From IMG/VR virus record IMGVR_UViG_3300031994_000001, positions 55,799 through 119,798 of that record: a DNA stretch of 64,000 nt. One strand, 5' to 3'. Position 1 is the first letter of the stretch. Every line of letters starts with the position of its first letter. The notes under the pieces are model-generated. The model did not search any database, was not told the origin of the DNA, and saw only the letters and a list, made by a program, of their open reading frames with translations. Position numbers and translations under genes: made by a program. This document shows, in pieces, positions 63,594 to 64,000 of this stretch. Source of the stretch: a virus (Duplodnaviria; Heunggongvirae; Uroviricota; Caudoviricetes).

Positions 63594-64000
63594 TTAATTG
63601 GTTGAGTTATTTATGCTGTTTTTAATTTTTGCCGTTTCCCTAACTTGAACGGTCTCGCCTATGACGCATTTGTCGCATTTGCCCGTTGCAATCGAATCGC
63701 CGAATATCCTGCACTCCGTTGAAACGCTTTCGTCAGAAAGGAACGTGCTGTATATGTTGGAACGGTGAAGTTTGGTGTCGCTCATAACGGAGCAGGAGTT
63801 CAGTATCGAATCCTCAACAACGCAACTGTAAAGGTCGCAGGATTCCAACTTACCCGACACCTTGCATTCAACGATATCCATATTCGACAGATACACATAT
63901 CCGTTGAACTCGGTCTCCCTTATTTGGTATGCGCCCGAATCGCTGTCGTAGTTGAAACTGACGCGGGTGTCAGCGTCAATGCCGCCGCAAAGGAATATGT
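63594..64000 (-). CDS. Partial gene (5' end outside window) with beta-helix-like C-terminus
   Basis: Frame stays open to the window edge (IFLCGGIDADTRVSFNYDS...YVYLSNMDIVECK). Confidence 0.65.
   Translation of the reverse strand, partial: IFLCGGIDADTRVSFNYDSDSGAYQIRETEFNGYVYLSNMDIVECKVSGKLESCDLYSCVVEDSILNSCSVMSDTKLHRSNIYSTFLSDESVSTECRIFGDSIATGKCDKCVIGETVQVRETAKIKNSINNSTN

Noticed and set aside
1-64000. Stop-codon recoding (TAG to Gln) as in some gut megaphages
   Set aside because: Long conserved genes are intact in the standard code and TAG occurs as a normal terminal stop; no broken core genes seen
1-64000. tRNA or rRNA genes
   Set aside because: No cloverleaf with T-loop GTTC(G/A)A or rRNA-like segment recognised by eye; a tRNAscan run would be decisive

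Overview
This window is part of a large, lytic, T4-like (myovirus-type) jumbo phage genome read in the standard code. It carries major capsid, tail tube, portal, baseplate, primase, dUTPase, nucleotide-metabolism and RNA-repair genes, plus T4-type late promoters (TATAAATA). The host is probably a Bacteroidetes (Prevotella/Bacteroides-like), because six copies of an ~70-bp early promoter carry the TAnnTTTG -7 element and genes lack Shine-Dalgarno sites. The main discovery candidate is a modular leader-cargo system. At least 17 genes start with a conserved ~23-aa peptide, M(E/K)IL(N/K/D)xxx(F/Y)(I)xE|KLNI(Q/K)P(V/I)(T/S)K(D/E)RL, fused to at least five unrelated cargo types (variable-length LRR-like solenoids, FISUMP, DUF285/BspA-like repeats and two unknown domains). 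The first half resembles the T4 capsid-targeting sequence plus a prohead-protease site. The second half recurs internally between tandem domains, as in a polyprotein, and also occurs alone in a mini-ORF. A second, independent expansion of 14 paralogues with constant ends and variable middles spans 29.8-43.8 kb. Functional calls come from motif recognition only; no database searches were run, and several starts were moved from the ORF track to the more plausible downstream ATG.
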